Shown here piece after piece: positions 1 to 12,945 of a stretch of 64,000 nt of DNA. Numbering within the stretch: the stretch's first letter is position 1; each line of letters starts with the position of its first letter. The notes under the pieces are model-generated. The model was not told the DNA's origin. It saw only the letters and a list, made by a program, of their open reading frames with translations, and ran no database searches. The stretch covers positions 429,271-493,270 of the forward strand of contig CAJINV010000012.1 in NCBI GenBank assembly GCA_905178155.1, read 5' to 3'. The DNA is from Amoebophrya sp. A120. Its lineage: Eukaryota > Protista > Dinoflagellata. The translations under genes were made by a program, and so were the position numbers.

Positions 1-1591
1 AACTGCTCCCAACTCTGCATTGGAGTACAACTTGCTCCCGGGAAGATCATCGATCCCAGCGCCCTGCTGCTCCTGACCCGTGGTCGTTGTGTCCAAAAAG
101 TCCTGGCTCGTCGCCCCCTGCAACATATTAGTACTGCTCTGTTGCGGGTGCATCAATCCCTGGTAGTCGTAGTTGTACAAACGCTCCTCATAATTGGAGA
201 CGAAGCTCGGCGCAGGAGGGTGGTGGGCGTCGATCGTGTTTTGAAGATGCTGGAGCATGGAGGTCGAAGAGTTGTGTAGTACTGCTCCCGGCGGAGGTGG
301 TGCCACAGGGGAAGCTCCGTATGTCATTTGATGAGATGTCCACCCGCGCTGGCGCTGGTGTGAAAGCTGTTAATATTATTGTTCTCGGGCACGCCGGAAA
401 ATGATGAATAAAATCCTACTTCATCTTCATTTACTGGGGAAGTAGGATCATATTCAGTGTAGCTGTTGTAGTTCCAGGAAGTTTTATTTTGCTGCGCCGC
501 AACATGATTAGGCTGATTGAAAAAAGACGACGCAGATGGAACTGGCGACGAAGCTGCTCCTCCTGCGAAGTAGCCAGTGGTCGACGCAGCCTGTGGTGCG
601 CCATACTCCGTGATCCTCTTCACCACAGTGCCGGAAGATGGATGTAACGGGACATTTTTGCACTGATAGGATGAGAACACGTCGCTGCAACGTTGGTTAT
701 TCCACTCAATGCTGGTGGACCCATCTTCATCCACCCACGGCTGGGATTGCGGTGAACGATCCTTGTCGCGGACAATGCTACTAGTGGCCAACATCTTGCC
801 GGGCCGTGGCTGGTTGAAGTGCAGCCGTGAGGACGAAGAAGTTGTTGGCCCGGGGGCTGTAGTGGTCGCGCCAGAAGTCGAAGCTCCTACCGCACCAGAT
901 TTTGCGGAAAACGCCGCGTGAAGATGTTGATCGCTGCCCAGTAGCTCATTTTCGATGCTAGTAGTGCCAGAACTGGAAGCCGGTCCTGTGGTTGACGCAC
1001 CTGCTGGGGCGGGCGTCACGGAAGTACTTGAGGTTGCAGTAGTTGTGGGCGCTGCTGGGGCGGGGGCTGGAGGAGAAGTAGTGCTGCTACTACTCTTTCC
1101 ACGTCGACCGTGACGGAACCTCGTCTTTCCACGTTTCCACGGGCGCGTCGTCGACCGTGACGGAAGATCCTCTAGTTTTGACCGCATCCTCGGTTTTAAT
1201 AGTATTTTCCGCGTCACCTTTTGCTGCAACGGGTACCAATTGTTGTACTTTTTTCGGGCTGAACTGAGCGTAGGTACCAGTGGCGAACAAGTTTTGCGGG
1301 TAGATGACTTGCTCGATTTGATTTGCGTACGAGGCCAGCTGGTCTCCTTGCTGTGCGTGCCCTATGCATTGCAAAAGTATCGAACTAGCACAGCTTGCAG
1401 ATACAAGTTGAAGTTTTCTCAATTACAAAAGTGGAGTGGTTTGGCAACATGCTGGAAAATGAGATATAAGATAGTAAATCTGTCACGCACGAGCACGACT
1501 ACAATCAATCACAGTACCTACGAGGGCGATAAATTTTGCAATGCGTATGCCCCCCTCCGTCGAACCTGTTCTTGAATCTCTTCGCGATTAT
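1..1591 (-). pseudogene. Low-complexity S/T/P-rich coding region with unresolved frame changes, running off the window start
   Basis: ORF 324..1229 is open up to the introner at 1363. A different frame is open over 1..325. A jumbled duplication lies at 1095-1165. I could not assemble one continuous frame. Confidence 0.4.
1363..1547. mobile_element. Introner, family A
   Basis: TIR TATGCATTGCAAAA / TTTTGCAATGCGTA; exact DR TGCCC at 1358-1362 and 1548-1552. Confidence 0.85.
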
Positions 1592-1939
1592 TATGACCCG
1601 CTCAGGTGTTACAGTCTCAAACGTTACAATAAAATATGGAAATCTGTGATGCAAGAGCGCATGATCTAGCTAAGTCTCATAGGATTGCGCATTACAAGTT
1701 CTGGAGTCCCAATCTGCACTACAATCTGGCGAAATTTGTATTGCAGAAAGTGGAATGCTGTCCGAGTCTGTCATGCTTATCATGCAACGCGAAGAGAAAT
1801 TGTTGAAATACTGCGAATAATACAAACAAGAAAACTAGAAATAGTTTCCGTTACTGTTATTGCTACAAACAGAGCGATACTTCGTTCTTCTGATGCAACT
1901 TGCGTTTTTGGTAACTTGCGGCACCAGCGACTCAATATA
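1592..1939. mobile_element. Degenerate or composite introner, family E-like
   Basis: Left end resembles the elements at 29018 and 61852 (gttacagtctcaaacgttac...ctgtgatgc). DR ATTAT at 1587-1591 and 1940-1944. The right TIR is weak. Confidence 0.45.
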
Positions 1940-2389
1940 ATTATGATCTGCTAACGTCGTGGGCCCATCCTCAGAAAAGGCAATCTCAGTAGCAGCGCGC
2001 GCTTTCTTGGAGACTGCCGCTAGAGCGCGTTCCGCTGCAGTATGGGCAAGTAAGGCGCGACGGGCGGCCTTTGCGGGGGCTTCTCGAAAGTGTTGCTCCG
2101 CCGCACGGGTGAAGGCCTCTCTCTCCCGTTTCCGCGCCTCAGCGCCGCGCACGGGGTCGTCACCAGAGCTGTCCTGTCTCGCAGCAGTCTCGGGAGACAG
2201 AAACGAATGAATGAGGCCCAAGTGGGTATCGTCGAGCGTTTGCAACAGGTCGGTGGAGCCGCGCCGCTGCTCGAGAGAATCCGACGACGTCGCCGCTACG
2301 CCAGCTGCCTTGACGGTGGAAGTGGAACACTGGTAGGAGAGATAAATAACCTGGCTTTGCGCCAGGAGGGAGAAAATCCGAGGATGCAT
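1940..2389 (-). CDS. 5' part of an orphan family-1 gene (LAQSQV..LAY N-terminus)
   Basis: MHPRIFSLLAQSQVIYLSYQ...AEARKRERE...QHF...ALAAVS aligns with the ORFs starting at 27006 and 22763. The continuation beyond the degenerate introner is unresolved. Confidence 0.6.
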
Positions 2390-2786
2390 TTTTCTCGAAA
2401 GATGGATTTTTTGGAAATAAGCTCCTCTCGAGTAGTTCCATGAAGCGGACGTGCTGTTGATCTTGATGGATACACTAATATTAAAAATTTCGTACTATAG
2501 TTAGAACAAAATATAAATGATACGTTGTTGAGAAGCAGAAGTACAACTTGGATGCAGAAAAAACACTACACAAAAAACACAAGAATTCTCAGGTGGACCA
2601 ATGTGTCTGTGATCTAAGAACAATGATAGGAAGACCACTGATGCTGGCGTTCTATGTGCATGCAACTGGAAGAAAACATAATACAGGAGAAGGTGATTAT
2701 TTTGCAAAAAGATCCGCGCCGGGCCTAGTAATCGAATTATATTGATTTTTTCAACGAGCAAGATCACAATTATATATCTTTACAAG

Positions 2787-3621
2787 ATGGGGGTCGGCCG
2801 TTTGGCCGACCCTATCTTGATGCACAGTGGGCAGCTAGAAAAAACGGCCCCTGTTCTTGAATCTCCGTTTTTTCTTGCTGCTCACCTGTTCTTGAATCTC
2901 TTCGCGATTATTTTCTCCGACCACTACGGCTGGGAAATTTTGCGCGAGAAGCTGGCGGACGATTTCGATCGGGACCCCACAGCGATAGAGAGCTTTACGG
3001 ACATCAAACCGGCGGGGGAGGGAAATGGTGGGGGTAGCGGTAGCAGGGATGCCCTCACGCAAGACGATGTTGCGAAATGGCTAGGAGGGGCGGAGAGTCA
3101 GAGTACTTGGGACAATCTTTCGCAATCGAAGCAAGACGAGTACCAGACCAGGGCGGGCTATCCCATGTAAAAAGGTCCCCACCACCCCACAGTCAAGATG
3201 GGAAATCTTCTAGACAACTTCACACGCAGCTTTGGCTGCTGGGCATGACAGATGTGGCCTCGTAGTGTAATCCTGTTTAGCTAATTCAGCAGCGTCACAG
3301 AGCTAGCGCAGCGCGCCGATGGGAGTTTGACAAATTCCGCAGCACGACGAGACGGCGACAGTGCTTCTCATGGGGCTCCGCGTGCGAAATATTTTCACGA
3401 AGCAGAGAGATGATTTGCATTACATTTACAACGAAAGGGTGGGGATTTTTTTACACAGGATACGGACGGGCTGTTCGAGTGGATGGATGCTGACCCACGC
3501 GACGGGACAATTTCGATCAAAGAGTGGAACGCAGCTATCAGCCCCGGAACACAGCCAGCCGACACCGTTGACGGCGAACTGCTGGACTACGAGGACCTGC
3601 CCAGCAAGATGCGAAGCGAAC
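2787..3621 (+). CDS. EF-hand-like protein, exons 2787-3158 and 3463-3621; 3' end unresolved
   Basis: Removing 3159-3462 plus one DR gives ...YQTRADGLFEWMDADPRDGTISIKEWN, an EF-hand-like loop. The frame then enters another element end at 3622. Confidence 0.55.
3159..3462. mobile_element. Introner, family F
   Basis: TATCCCATGTAAAAAGGTCCCC...GGGGATTTTTTTACACAGGATA; DR CGGGC/CGGAC; interior similar to the elements at 10752 and 59620. Confidence 0.85.
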
Positions 3622-3810
3622 TATCAAGAAGAAAAATTCCCCCTCCCCATATCAAAGCGGAAATCTCGGATGCAATCAGCTTTGTCATGCTCGAAGGGAA
3701 GAGATGCGGACTGTAGTGCTGGGTGGCGTGGGCAAGCCTTGCAGCTTCAGCATGTCACTGTCAGGAGGCAGCTGGAAGTGGGAAACGGTGTGACAAATTG
3801 CGTGCAAACG
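3622..3810. mobile_element. Truncated family-D introner (left end only)
   Basis: TATCAAGAAGAAAAATTCCCCCTCCCCATATC matches the left ends at 32452 and 56399. No right TIR found; the end coordinate is approximate. Confidence 0.5.
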
Positions 3811-5279
3811 AGGCGGCCACGACTGCGGATCGTGTTGTACCTCGTCTCCTACAGTCAATCACATTAGTACATCGTATATTAATTCCGTCGAACCTGTTCT
3901 TGAATCTCTTCTCGATTATTTTTTCCGACCTCCGGGCGGAACGCCTTTCTTTCGCGAGGATCTGCGCTGCAGTTTTCGGCTTCGTCATGGTGATGGATCC
4001 TTGATGTTCTGAACGCGGCGACGGGCACAGAAGCCCTCCGTCGGCAATAAAACTAAATAAAAACTTTAGCCAAGGTCGCTGCTCTACTACTGCACAATAA
4101 CAGGGTTTGCGTTTGTCTCGTCGATGTTCGTACAAGATTTTATCTAACTATCGTCCATCCCACCCACGTGGTTATCTGCAACGAATACGAACGCCAAAGA
4201 CCTCAAACGCAACACCACGAACTAGCTGAGGCTGGCTTCTCTTTGCGTAAGTAGTTCATTAATATTGCCCTTTTCGAGTTCGTCAACTTTTGCACTCTCG
4301 TACCCGGCGATTGTGATGTCTAGACGAGTTTTTAATGTAGTATACAAACTACAAAGACAAGAAAGCGCCCCGCATACCTTGGTCGAAATAAGCGAGTTGT
4401 GAACTATTTGACTGCGAAAAGCAACCCCTTTTTTCTGCTTTACTTGATTTTGTCTCCGACGAACAGGAACTTTATTTCAACCTGTTGTTCAACGTGCGAG
4501 GAGGAGGACAACGAGAAGAGGATAAGTAACCACGGTGGACTACATACTAATCCCCAATGAGACGAGAAGCTCGTCGACGATGAAGAACAGCCTGAGTATC
4601 TATGGTTCCCATGTACAACGTGTCGTGGCATCCTCGACAACCGTTGCCGCACCACACGGAAGATCCTACCGCTTGCTTGTGCTTCATCTCCATCTTTTCC
4701 TTACAAAACAACACGGCGATGATGTCTGCGAAGATGTCTGTTCCTTCTTCTCTGCTATAAATAATTGTACACTGAAAACCAAAACAAATAAACCCGTGGT
4801 ACGTAGTTAAGGTCCGTCTGCGAGGAGCTGAGGCAATAAAGCGCGAACCCATCGTGCGTGATCCCCTTACGCACTACTTACGCTGCTGAATAAATCGTGA
4901 AAAACAATACTTAGCAAGAACTACACTAAGAAACGATTTCCGCGCTTTCACTTTTTTTTTCTTGACGCTTTTTGCATCTTTACCTTTCCTAAAATCGCAT
5001 GATTTGTACTCCTGAATACTGAGTGAATTGTACACATATTACGCTCTCATCTTTTCAAAAAGTTGTAACAACGGCCGGGCTTTCTCGTACAGCACGCGGC
5101 CGCCGCTAGCAGGCAATTAGGTATATTCGTACTACGTCTTTCGTTACGTGGTCTTCTGAGGAACAGCTACCTCCGGGTAAATTAAAGTGAAAACCAAAAG
5201 TCCCCCTGCCCCTCCGCCGCAGGCTTCAAAATCTGTAAATGTGAGCTCTCTTTCTAAGTCTAAAGCGTTTCAACATTGC

Positions 5280-5422
5280 GATTAATTTCATTTTACACGA
5301 CGAGAGATTAAGTAAATACTTAGTTGGTGTTGACAGGACGAGAAGTTTTAGTGTTTACATTGCGATACTTAGTTGGTGTTTACATTTTACACGACGAGAG
5401 GTTTTAGTTGGTGTTGACAGGA
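5280..5422. repeat. Patchwork of short interleaved direct repeats
   Basis: cattttacacgacgagag occurs twice, ttagttggtgtt three times and acattgcgat twice. Confidence 0.8.
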
Positions 5423-6398
5423 ATGATCACTACAAAGAGGTGGAACTTGAGACAACTGCAATGGATCTTTTAGGGCCTTGAACTTTTGACGCCATGCCCG
5501 GGCATGGAAAGAAAGAAAGAAAATCCTTATTCAAATATATCATAACTTGACGTAATTGATGTCATCATCCCGTTTGTAGCGTTTGCTTACTGCAAGAATT
5601 GCGATTCTCAAGGCCAACATCTTCATTGCAACTGAGGTCATGTAATTTCTGTACTCCGAGGAATAAAGCGAAAAAGAAAAACTCTTCAAAACTACTGTCG
5701 CAGTAAATCACTGAGCATCGACATCCTCAACCAGTTCGATGTACACGATAGGAGGAAGTAGAGTTGTTCTCAACATTAGTGATCCAGCAATACTAGAAGC
5801 CCTTCTATTGTTCACGACCCAGTTTATTTTAAGTCTTTCTCTTTCGATAATCATCTCACCCGAAGGACAAATCGATTGGTGAGCAGAGGAGCTCCTCTGT
5901 GGCGCTCCACTGCATAATCACGCCTCTGGTCGCCCTTCATCTTGTTATAGTAAATCTAAATACTACATTAATAACGGGTTTCGTCTCCTCTGCTCGCGCG
6001 GGCCGTCATGATCCGCTTCGCGCGGGCCGTCCGGGAGATCATGATCCGCTTCGCGCGGGACGTGCGGGAGCTCCTCAAGCCTCTGCCGGAGCTTTTCCGT
6101 ACACGCCACATCCATTTTGTCTCGATCCAGCAGAGCACGTACACCGAACAAAACAGCTGAACCGCAGCACGTAGAGTTCCACAAGAACTTAACCGCCCCA
6201 GGAGCCGTGCCGGCGCAGAGTGGTCCGATGTAAGGAGCACAGGCAGCTGTTAAAGCGAAGAGGAAGGGTAGGCCCACACGCAGGTGCGACTTTTTCAGCT
6301 CGTCCAGGAATTCTGCGGACGGCAGGTTCCTTCGCTCCAGTTCGGCAAGGTCAGCTCTTGCGTCTTGAATCTTAGCCGCGTCGAGTACGATAGTCACG

Positions 6399-6753
6399 CA
6401 TGAAAAGGAAACATCCCCCCTTGTCCCATTGTGAAGAAAGGGGAGATTCTGATACTGGACTTGGTTCGTACACAAATCAGTGATTTGTCTTGCAGAAAGT
6501 GCTTGGCGGCATTACCTTCTGTGCCTGTTTTTAGTTTGGGTACTATGCAGAAGGCTAGCAATTAGGCGAATGGCCAACAGATTTCTTGCAGTGGTCCAAA
6601 GCGGCGCATGACAGACTGGCTGTGGAAAGCGCGGCCACATGGGAGCTCCCATTTGTACCCACTAGGAGAGACAAAGGCCATCTGTGGCCACAAATCAGCA
6701 TGACAAATTTTCATTTTGGTCATATGGGGAAGTGGGGGGGATCCATTTTGATA
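6399..6753. mobile_element. Introner, family D-like
   Basis: C-tract/G-tract TIRs; DR TCACG/CCACG. Removal joins VKRGV|TIVLDAAK, matching paralog VRHGVFIILDAEK. Confidence 0.8.
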
Positions 6754-7097
6754 CCACGCCACGTTTCACCGCTTCGTCGACGGGAATCTCGGTCTCCACC
6801 GCCGGCGTGCTATCATTGGCGCACCACAAGAACTTCTTCTCTTCTCTATCCTTATGCACGATAAAAAAAATTTCTACACCATCACAATCTTCCATTTGTC
6901 GGGCACGGCAACCTTTTCTTGCGTTGCAGAAATCACTATTTTGATGAGAAAGTGACATGACTGTGATGCATTCTTACTTACGCTTCATGACGGATAAACT
7001 TTTTGCGATAAAAATTCTTGCAAATACAGCCTGCAAGTAAAACCGTGACTGTAATGCTGTTTTTTTGTGTTGGATATTGTTGCTCCGAATGATACGT

Positions 7098-7426
7098 TAT
7101 CAACTGCAAATATGTGGTCTGGGTCTGGAAGGATTTGTCCTGCACTATCTCGTCGCGCACCACATAAATTAATAGTCTAGAATGCACAGAAACATCACAA
7201 ATTCAAAATTTTGCGAGACTTTCTTCATGCCTATTACGCACGGGGTGTCCGCCTTTTGCCTAGTAAGGATTCGGCAACTTTTGGCGTTCATCATCATTGT
7301 CATCATGATTCTCACTGGATCGGCGGTAGAGCTCATTGCCGATCGCGTAACGCATCGTCTATTTGTGATCGAGACTTAGCATGACAAGTTGCAGTATTCC
7401 AGGCCCAGACATATTTGCAATGCATA
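7098..7426. mobile_element. Introner, family C (old, DR decayed)
   Basis: TATCAACTGCAAATATGTGGTCTGGGTCTGGAA...TTCCAGGCCCAGACATATTTGCAATGCATA. Confidence 0.7.
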
Positions 7427-7478
7427 TATTCCGCCGCGTCGAAAAGGTCCTTGACACTGATGGTTGCAAACGAGGGAG

Positions 7479-7874
7479 TATGCATTGCAAATACTCTTGG
7501 TCATCTGGCTTTGTAATGCAAGATCTGAAGCACGCGCACGCCAAGAACAAGATCTTCTGTGATGCATGAATCGAAGAATACGAGTCACCAGGAGTTTTCC
7601 TTGTCGTGCTGAAGTCTCCTGTCTGCCATGCGTTTTCTTTACAATGAATCTGCTGATGATTAGTTCGAGCGGGGCTCGGCGCAACTCCCTCCTCCGACGC
7701 GCGGCAGGAATAGCCTGCCCTAATACCCTAGTGGAATGAATCTGCTACAAGCCACCAGAAAATACTTAAACTTGCGATGTTGTTTTGCCGTACACGCGGC
7801 TACTCTGCGATGCGAGCCTGAGCAACACATGTTGTAGTTTTCAGACCCAGATGGCAACATATATGCAATGCATA
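7479..7874. mobile_element. Introner, family C-like
   Basis: TIR TATGCATTGCA.ATA...CATCTGG at both ends; flanking GGAG repeat. Confidence 0.7.
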
Positions 7875-10457
7875 GGAGATAGGGATTTGCAACCCAGCTG
7901 CGATTGCGGAAGAGGAGACAAACGCTCTTCTTGAAGACCGAGAAGGTTGAGGACCGAGGATCCTCAGTGCTCAACCGAGAACAGAATCAGGAAGAGATGC
8001 GGGCCGCTCAAGCCGCTCCTTCTTAGCGGCAATCACGTCGCTCACACGAACAGAAAACAGCTTTTCTCCGCTCAGCAACAGGACGGAAATTTCCCGCTCG
8101 TCTAGTTGAGCAGTTGCATCTGGCTGAGGAGAAGGAGGATCAGACGGAACGGTCCTCGTTGCATGATCAACTCTACTACTACTGCCCCTCAGCAAGCCAG
8201 TCGCGCTGCGGCTGCGGCTGCGGCTGCGGCTGCCCGTGCGGGTACTACCGCGACGACCGGGGGCGCCGCGGGCCAGCAACTGCAGTTTTACAGCGACGGC
8301 CTGGTGCTGGTGCCCGTACTGTGTTGATACCGACAGGAAACCACACATCGACATCGCAGCAGCGCTCAAGAGGAAATGAAGTACGGCCGGACCAGGGGCG
8401 AAGCGCCGTTTGTTCAAGCTGCTGCGATCGGAAGAGAAAAAGACCATGCTGGGCGTGGTGGTGGTTGTGCTAAGTACAAAAGTATGGCTTCTGGCTCCTT
8501 TCCGATAAGTAGTGCGCTGCTCTGTCGACTAGCACAGGACTGGCGAGAAAGCTGCAATAAATTCCTTATTTTGCTTTTGCTATTGCTACGCGCGAGAAAG
8601 AAGAGATTTGAAATCGGAGCAGGTTTCTTTATTTTTACAACTTACGGCTATAGTATTTCAAAACAAAAGCAAGACATTTCTTCAAACAAACAGCCAAAAA
8701 AGACACTTGTCTGAACCTGCCAGATAGTGTTTTGAGCAAGCAGTTGGCTTTCACCATTTTCACCTCTTTTGTGGATCAGACACAAGAGAACTTCTTTCGG
8801 TCGATCTATTTTCATCACTGCTAATCGTGGACAAGAAGGATCGTCATCAGCACCTTATCCTTCAATAAACACGAGTTCTTGCATCTGGAAAAATCGAAAT
8901 GATCGAACCTCCGTTTGGAAGATCTTGATCTTCTGCTGCCTGGTGTAACTTTTCTGTATTTCCAACAAATCTACATTTGCAGGGATAGGACAAGCAGCCA
9001 TGTGCCAGCTCTCTATGCGCTGTCCGGTGCTGTCCGGTGCGAGATTAGGAACCTCTGGAAAACGAAGATCATGCACAACTTCTGGTGGATCTATGGCCCT
9101 GAGGCGAGTGAAATGTAGTATGGAACAACTAGATGGGTCTAGATCACGTGAAAAACTATACGATCATCGTGTTGGCCCGGAACGCAGTCAGGCAACGATC
9201 TCCTCCACGAATAAGCAATGGAGCCGTACTAGCAGAGGACACACTAATACAGGGTATAGAACTACTTTACAACAACCAACAGTTGCCGCCTCAACGGCGT
9301 CTTTACGTAGTGGCGTTGTTCCTGCAACAGAGAAAAAACAGAGCGGATCCTTGAACAAGAGCATTCGCATTCCTGGAGGCATCTATTGAAAACTCCACGA
9401 ACAAGAATCGCCGCCTGCTGCTGCTTCCCCTTTCGGAATAACATTCCAGACAAGGTGATTTTTTATTTTCACAAGGCCAGAGGCAGAGCGAGACTCAGAT
9501 CTGCGATCTTGTGCAGTTGTGCTCTCATCTTCTTTTCGATTTGTTCACGAATCTGCGCTCTACTACCAGACTAGCAATGCCAAAAGAAAACTTTTTTCAT
9601 CATGCGCCAAAATGTACTTCTTGTTTCACCAAAACCAGTGCCAAAAAGTTTCATCATACACGTTTAGCGTTGCGCTATTTTTACAAAGAAAACCTCTACT
9701 AGGACTTCAACTGAAGATCGTACACAACTTCTTGTAGATCTGTGGCCCTGAGGCAAGTAGATCGATGTAGATCATGTGAAAAATACTGTTGTATGCGATC
9801 ATCGCATCAGGCAGCAATCTTCTCCACAGAATAATAAAGTTGTAGTTGTCTTCAGTTCCATTTTACACTCCGGGAGGTTCAGATAATTCAAAACTCGCAT
9901 AGCTTTTTTCTCCAACGCTTTCAAAGCTGATTTTCTGTACATGTACTGCAGCCGGCATACAAGAAATAGATCAGGCACTATGTTCTTGCCCTTCTTGCCG
10001 ACCTCGTATAGTACCAAAAATATTTTTTGCAGTAGACTTCTAGATCGTACAAACATAATAGATCATCTCACCACATCCACACTATGCGTGTAAGAAGTAC
10101 TTCCACGAAGTAGCCTAAAGCCTTTTGCTCCATACGTCGAAGCCTTCAATTTTACACTGTTCAATCCGACTGGAAATCAAAACTGTGGCAAAACGCCACG
10201 CCATTGGTTTTCAACCATGAAAGAGCGCATTTGTCTACTTCGTGCTTCACAGGAAAGAACGGGGATAATGCATTACGTTTAATACGCCTTCGTCTTTTCA
10301 AAGAATAACAACAGCACCAGCGATTCCTCGTAGAGCCCATGCCTACTGCGAGTGCCACAATAAGTATATTTTTTGAATTTGTTTCGGCGGCTACTAGCTC
10401 AGCACCTGTAAGCACGAACGGGTAAGAGCTCCTAAGTACCCAAAGACGAGCCCGAAA

Positions 10458-11800
10458 TTAGCCTGCTGCCGGATCCTGCTCCCCGCGCGGCGGGCCCACC
10501 TCCGGCAACCCGTGAAGCATCGACCGAAGGTCTGCCACTCGGACGCGCATTTCAAGCTCATTGCTCTTCCCAAGTTCGACGACGGCGCAGGCCACCAAGT
10601 ACAAACCCTGCATCAATAGAACAATGGGCCGCGGCACGTCGTGGTCAGTGGGAACAATGGCGAAGGCACAGCCTAGTCCGCAGGAAAACAGTACATGTGC
10701 GACCGCACGACCAGCACGCTTCATGTACCTATCTCGGCGGCCTTTCTTACCTATCCTCTTAACAAACGTCCCCACCACATAGTCAATGATTGGTAAATCG
10801 GCAACACAAATCGCCAAATTTTGGGATTTTATGCATGACAAGTTTCGATCAGCAGTGTAGTGCTAGTTAACAACACAAAGACGCCTGCTAAATTATATCC
10901 TCTTAACAGCGTGACAAATCCGCGGCCGAGAACACGACTACAAATTTTTCTGTCTCTGATGCGGATCATCTGCATAATTGCAGAGGATTCTGTAGATGCA
11001 AATCTGCATGGTAGCTCTGGGAAGATGGGAACGCTAACGGTTTTACCCAGGATATCAGCACGGGTTTCTTCATCTGCGGCCAGGATACCCAGTCCATCTT
11101 CAAGGTGTCGCAGCTCACCTCTCAACTCTCCGAGTTTCTCCGCGTCCAGTATGATAAACACGCCGTGTCTCACCGCTTCGTCGACTGAGATTTTGGCTGT
11201 GCCGTTACGACACTCCTGTGCACCAAAGACGCGGTCGCCCAAGACAATTTTCACTGGGAGCAAGGCCGCTGCCCAAGACCCCTCTGCTTCTGGGAGCAAG
11301 GCCGCTGCCTTGAGCAAATCTTGGACAGTAATCGCTCGAACTGTTTCTACCGGTTGTACTAAGGAGCAAATCTTGGACAGTAATCGCTCGAAAGTAAAAC
11401 CGGCTGAGGTAGAAGACCCAGAGGTTGTTGATCCGGCAGTGGAGGCATCAAGAGTTGTGTGCTCGTTGGCAACAGTGCAAGAAGGAATACCCGCCACCGG
11501 GACGGAAAGCAGTGTTTTTCCAGACACCGCAGACTTGATTTCGATTTCTCGGCTGTCACTCTTACGACTGCGGGTGCGTTGTATTTCTTCCCTCTTAATA
11601 TTTCCTTGTTCGGAGACATCAACAGAGGACTGGAGCTGCAGATGCACAGCGAAGACCGCCCCATTTGACGATAGCGACATCAAGGACATGCACAAGAACG
11701 CCGCAGCGCTCAAGAGCAAACGAGGTGCAGACGGAGCAACGGCAAAGCGCCGTGCGTTCAAGCTGCTAGTACTGGTGCCGGCAGAAAAGAACGAGACCAT
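10458..11800 (-). CDS. Family-2 orphan protein, 344 aa, N-terminal hydrophobic segment and two C-terminal TM segments; one introner intron
   Basis: ORFs 10829..11800 and 10458..10841 join in frame (EETRAE|KGRRDRYMK) after removing 10752-11054 plus 5 nt; the spliced length of 1035 nt is a multiple of 3. Confidence 0.75.
10752..11054. mobile_element. Introner, family F
   Basis: TATCCTCTTAACAAACGTCCCCACC...TTTTACCCAGGATA; decayed DR TTACC/TCAGC; 303 bp versus 304 bp for the copy at 3159. Confidence 0.8.
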
Positions 11801-12945
11801 GCTGGGCGTCGTGGTAAGAAACAGTGTTTAGAAGTTTTTCGAAAAATTAGGTTGCTCTACTGTCGATCAGCAAAAGCGAAAGACGAAATTTCTTCTGTTT
11901 TTTCTACGAGCGAGAATAAAAAGAAAAAGAATTGATGATGATGGAGCACGTTTTTTTACGCCCTGATAGTATTTCAAAACAAAAACAAAGGCGTTTGTGG
12001 CGTCGGGAGCCAGAGGACATCTTTTGGTCGATCTATTTTCACTGCCAATGGACAAGGATCTTCATGATCCTTCCATACCTGATCCTTCAGTATGCATGTT
12101 GAATCCAAATTTCATCTGGAATAGAAATGATCGGACCGACGATGTGCTGATCCCCCAGCTTATTATTTGATGATCCACCGCGTTTATAATACGATCTTGG
12201 ATCAGTGCGGAGGTTCATCTAGCACTTCTTACTTTATTGACTTGATCCGTGGCATCATGTGATCCCTGTGTGTAGTAGTTGCTGTCGTGTTCTTCACTCG
12301 CATAATGCTGACCAAAAAGTAGGACAAAGAAGTTCTGCTACTGTCATCTCCAAACAAATTTATTTTGGACGGCGGTCAGAAGCAGAACGACAGGCCAATT
12401 TATATATTGATTGTGGCTCTCATCTCTCCAGTGTCCGCTGCGAGATCAACAAGACGATCTGGGAAACGAAGATCGTGCAATTTTTCGTGTAGATCTTCTG
12501 TGGTCCTTGTGACGAGTGAAATTAAACTAGGATGTAAGACTTAGATTTTGATGATGATCATGACTTCGAGCTGGGCTCGGCGATCAGATAATCACGTGAA
12601 AAATATTAACAGATTATCGCGTAGATCGCAGTCAGACGCAAAAAGCGTCTCCACGACCTCCAACGGAGCCGTAGCAGAGGTGGCATAGAGCAGTACGAAT
12701 CAACGACCGAGAGTAGCCGCCTCAGCGGGAGTACGTATTGAGGTAGGTCACGATGGCGTAGTTGTAACGGAAAAAAAAAGAACAGCGCGGGTTCTTGAAC
12801 ACCATTCCTGCCGCTGGATCCTTGAACAACAAAAACTCCACGGAGCGCCGCCTCTCCCTTCCGGAAAACATTCCAGACTATGTTGACAAAGTGAGTTCGT
12901 TTTAAGCGTACTTTTGCTTTCATCTCCGTGTTCTTTTCAATTTTA

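Larger units (their letters stand above)
5963..8447 (-). pseudogene. Family-2 membrane protein paralog, introner-interrupted and probably frameshifted
   Basis: N-terminus MVFFSS..RRFA and internal motifs (TISVKDLFDAA, VDEAVKRGV|TIVLDAAK, two C-terminal hydrophobic segments) align with 10458..11800. There is a frameshift near 7971 and the junctions at 6940-7480 do not resolve cleanly. Confidence 0.6.

Noticed and set aside
10860-11831. 323-aa plus-strand ORF
   Set aside because: Antisense shadow of the family-2 gene; it runs through an introner and has no paralog support.
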